Assembly: GCA_036677365.1 (NCBI GenBank)
Contig: JAVBWN010000014.1
Coordinates: forward strand, 96,001-160,000
Direction of reading: 5' to 3'
From: Acholeplasma sp.
GTDB lineage: Bacteria > Bacillota_I > Bacilli_A > Acholeplasmatales > UBA5453
DNA length: 64,000 nt
Shown here one piece after another: positions 61,020 to 64,000 of the stretch. Under the pieces are notes generated by a model. The model ran no database searches. It saw nothing but the letters and a program-made list of their open reading frames with translations, and had not been told where the DNA came from. The translations under genes and the position numbers were made by a program. Numbering within the stretch: the first letter of the stretch is position 1; the number at the start of each line of letters is the position of its first letter.

Positions 61020-61813
61020 TGGATATCATTGTATTGGTTAAACAAGTACCAGATACGACTGAAATCAAAATTGATAAAGAAACCAACACCTTGATCCGTG
61101 CTGGTGTACAAAGCATTGTGAACCCCAACGATTTGGCTGGGGTCGAAGAAGCACTTAAACTGAAAGCCCGTTATGGTGGGACGGTTTCTGTGGTGACCAT
61201 GGGGCCGATGCAAGCCGAATCGATGCTTGTTGAACTCTATGGGCGTGGGGTGGATGCGTGTTATTTACTTTCTGACCGTGCATTTGCGGGGTCAGATACG
61301 TGGGCCACATCGACCATCTTATCTAGTTTCTTAAAAACATTAAAGTATGACTTAATCATCGCTGGTTACCAAGCCATCGATGGTGATACCGCTCAAGTAG
61401 GGCCACAAGTGGCTGAGTTCTTAAATATCCCACAAGTGACTTATCTATCTGAAATCACCGCTTTAAATGGCCGAGAATTGATTGTTAAAAAACGCACAGA
61501 CAGTGAAGTCCTCACATTGTCAGTTGAATTACCTGTCCTCGTGACTACATTGGCAGATATGAACAAACCTAGATACATGAATGCGTGGGACATTTATCAT
61601 AATACCGATAAAAAAGTGAACCTCGTGACATTCAATGATTTGAATATTGACCCAAGCCATATTGGTTTAAAAGGGTCACCGACCAAAGTGAAAAAAACAT
61701 ACGTCAAACAAGTTCAAGCGAAATCTGAGAAAGTCGTGATGACCCCTGAAGACGCGGCGAAATGGATTACGAAGTTATTGTATCCTTATATGGAGGTTAA
61801 AAACCATGAATAA
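61019..61813 (+). CDS. etfB: Electron transfer flavoprotein beta subunit
   Basis: KQVPD, DRAFAGSDT, QAIDGDTAQVGP, GLKGSPTKV. Confidence 0.94.
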   Translation: MDIIVLVKQVPDTTEIKIDKETNTLIRAGVQSIVNPNDLAGVEEALKLKARYGGTVSVVTMGPMQAESMLVELYGRGVDACYLLSDRAFAGSDTWATSTILSSFLKTLKYDLIIAGYQAIDGDTAQVGPQVAEFLNIPQVTYLSEITALNGRELIVKKRTDSEVLTLSVELPVLVTTLADMNKPRYMNAWDIYHNTDKKVNLVTFNDLNIDPSHIGLKGSPTKVKKTYVKQVQAKSEKVVMTPEDAAKWITKLLYPYMEVKNHE

Positions 61814-62792
61814 TGTATGGGTCTTCATCGAACAAAATCATGGGAAACTACAACCCATTGGATTAGAATTACTCTCTGAATGTCGTCGTAAACTCGATGC
61901 ATCGGTTCAAATCAGTGCCGTCTATTTTGGTCAATCGTTACAAGCAAAAGACATCGATGCGATGACCTTTTGTGGGGCAGATGAAATCATTTATACCGTG
62001 GATGAGAAACTGGCTGTTTACGATACCCATTATTATGCAAGAGCCATCACGAACTTGATGAAAGACACACGTCCGGATGTGTTCTTGATAGGTTCCACCT
62101 TAGAAGGTAGAGATTTGGCACCAAGGGTATCTGCGAGACTAAACACAGGGCTAACTGCAGACGCGACGTTATTAGAATTTGAACAAAGCGATAAATTACT
62201 GTTGCTTGCAACCAGACCAGCACTGGGGGGTAATTTGTTCGCAACCATCATTTGTGAAAATACCATCCCACAAATGGCGACCATCAGACCTTCAATATTC
62301 AAAATTGAAGAGGATAGAACACGAACTTCTAAACTCAAAGCTGTGCCGTTTGTGTGCGAATCTGAGTCCAAAGTAAAAGTTTTAAGCAGTGAAAAACTCA
62401 CCCACAAAAAAGTAGAACTCAACAAAGCCCAAGTCATCGTCGCTGGTGGACGTGGGGTATCGAACATGTTCCCTGTATTAAAAGATATTGCTAACCTCAT
62501 CGGTGGTGAAGTCGCTGCTTCAAGGGCTGTGGTTGACGCGAACATTGAACAAAAAGACCGTTTGGTTGGCCAAACAGGGACAACAGTCCATCCAAAAGTC
62601 TATTTCGCCTCTGGCATCAGTGGTGCCATCCAACACATCAGTGGGATGGATAAATCGGAACTCATCATCGCGGTCAATACTGACCCCAATGCGTTAATAT
62701 TTGATGTCGCGGATGTTTCCATCATCGCCGATGCAAAACAAGTTTTACCGCTTGTAAAAGAAGAACTCAAAGCCATCTTATCTTATAAATAG
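61806..62792 (+). CDS. etfA: Electron transfer flavoprotein alpha subunit
   Basis: GRDLAPR, GLTAD, TRPA, VGQTG, GISGAIQH. Confidence 0.94.
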   Translation: MNNVWVFIEQNHGKLQPIGLELLSECRRKLDASVQISAVYFGQSLQAKDIDAMTFCGADEIIYTVDEKLAVYDTHYYARAITNLMKDTRPDVFLIGSTLEGRDLAPRVSARLNTGLTADATLLEFEQSDKLLLLATRPALGGNLFATIICENTIPQMATIRPSIFKIEEDRTRTSKLKAVPFVCESESKVKVLSSEKLTHKKVELNKAQVIVAGGRGVSNMFPVLKDIANLIGGEVAASRAVVDANIEQKDRLVGQTGTTVHPKVYFASGISGAIQHISGMDKSELIIAVNTDPNALIFDVADVSIIADAKQVLPLVKEELKAILSYK

Positions 62793-62805
62793 ATTTCTCC
62801 AAGGG

Positions 62806-62836
62806 AAAAGCCTTCTATACGGAAGGTTTTTTCTTT
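62806..62836 (+). terminator. Terminator after etfA
   Basis: AAAAGCCTTCT-ATAC-GGAAGGTTTTTT. Confidence 0.75.
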
Positions 62837-62943
62837 GTGTATTAAATGATAAAATATGCAAAAATCCAAAAATAACGTTAAAAAAATATGTGGATACACT
62901 TGCTAAAAAACGATCATTTAACTATAATGATTGTGGTGATAAT

Positions 62944-64000
62944 ATGTTGAAAAGAAAGATTAACCAAGATTTAGCGCTCTGGCGTGAGAACCCAAGTCGT
63001 CCAGCTTTACTTGTAAAAGGACCACGTGGCGTAGGTAAAAGCACATCCATCGAACGATTTGCGAAAGAAAACTACAAGTATGTCGTCAAAGTGGACTTTG
63101 AAAAAAATCCGGAATTGATCCCTGTATTCAATGAAAACTTGGATGTGACCACCCTGATTAAAAAAGTCAGTCTATTTTTACAAGTCGAACGCATCGTTTC
63201 GGGTCAAACGTTGTTTTTCTTTGATGAAATTCATCTGTGTCCAAATGTGCGTGTCGCGGTTAAAAACTTCGTCAACAACCAAAAGTTTGATGTCATCATG
63301 GCGACCTCTTATTTTGGTATCAACCCAGATATTTTTCCAACCAATCCATACAGTTATGAACAAATTTTAGACATGAATGCACTCGATTTCGAAGAGTACT
63401 TATGGGCGAGTGGCGTATCTTCGAACATCATGAATGACTTAAGACATTATTTTAATAATAAAATCCCAGTACCAGATGCACTCCATGAATTGATGCTCAA
63501 TGTCTTTTATGAGTATATGACTGTGGGTGGGATGCCAGAAGTCGTCAATTCGTTTTTAAATACCCATAATTTCAGTTTAGTGACTAAAAAGCATGCGAAA
63601 ATCATTCAAACCTATACGAAGGATATGAAACAATACTTATCCAAACCAGACTTTACAAAATCTGTGAAATGTTTCTTATCGGTGCCATTTCAGCTTGACA
63701 AAGAAAATAAAAAATTCCAATATGGGTTTGTTGAAGCCAAAACAGCGGCACGTAAATATGAGAAGAATTTATTGTGGTTATACTATGCCGACATGGTCGA
63801 CATTTGTTTCAATTTGAACTTGCCAAAAATGCCGTATGCACAACAAGCCAAATACGACGTGTTTAAAGTCTATTATAAAGACATTGGTCTATTGACATCC
63901 TCTTATGGTGGGGATGCCCAAATTGCCATCCATACAGGCAAACTCAAAGCGTACCATGGGGCATTATTAGAAGCTGTGGTTGCGGATATCTTGATGAAAA
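62944..64000 (+). CDS. AAA_14/DUF4143-type ATPase (runs off window end; absent from ORF track)
   Basis: Manual translation: MLKRKI..., KGPRGVGKST (Walker A), FFFDEIH (Walker B), LDFEEYL, VGGMPE. Confidence 0.85.
   Translation, partial: MLKRKINQDLALWRENPSRPALLVKGPRGVGKSTSIERFAKENYKYVVKVDFEKNPELIPVFNENLDVTTLIKKVSLFLQVERIVSGQTLFFFDEIHLCPNVRVAVKNFVNNQKFDVIMATSYFGINPDIFPTNPYSYEQILDMNALDFEEYLWASGVSSNIMNDLRHYFNNKIPVPDALHELMLNVFYEYMTVGGMPEVVNSFLNTHNFSLVTKKHAKIIQTYTKDMKQYLSKPDFTKSVKCFLSVPFQLDKENKKFQYGFVEAKTAARKYEKNLLWLYYADMVDICFNLNLPKMPYAQQAKYDVFKVYYKDIGLLTSSYGGDAQIAIHTGKLKAYHGALLEAVVADILMK

Overview
Low-GC, densely coding core-genome segment, almost all on the + strand. It comes from a Firmicutes-derived bacterium using the standard code (TGA stops, prfB present); gene content suggests Acholeplasmatales-type Mollicutes (inference). 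Housekeeping genes: priA (partial), fmt, metK with a SAM-I riboswitch, lemA, secA, prfB, ctpA, recX, glgB/glgP, an ftsK-lepB-ylqF-rnhB-GDPD operon, topA, tpx, ftsY-ylxM-ffh, polA-mutM-coaE-dnaB-dnaI and T-box-thrS. Other loci: ABC and MFS exporters, the pstSCAB-phoU-phoPR operon with Pho boxes, a TetR-controlled maoC-bcd-etfBA operon and a partial AAA ATPase. I saw no rRNA, tRNA, CRISPR array or mobile element. Most notable: (1) a two-gene module pairing a protein with three degenerate domains (ODP/MBL-fold, GGDEF, receiver) with a HEAT-repeat/processive GT2 fusion; (2) an unannotated ~75-nt C-rich sRNA candidate between topA and tpx; (3) a membrane pseudo-HD-GYP protein.
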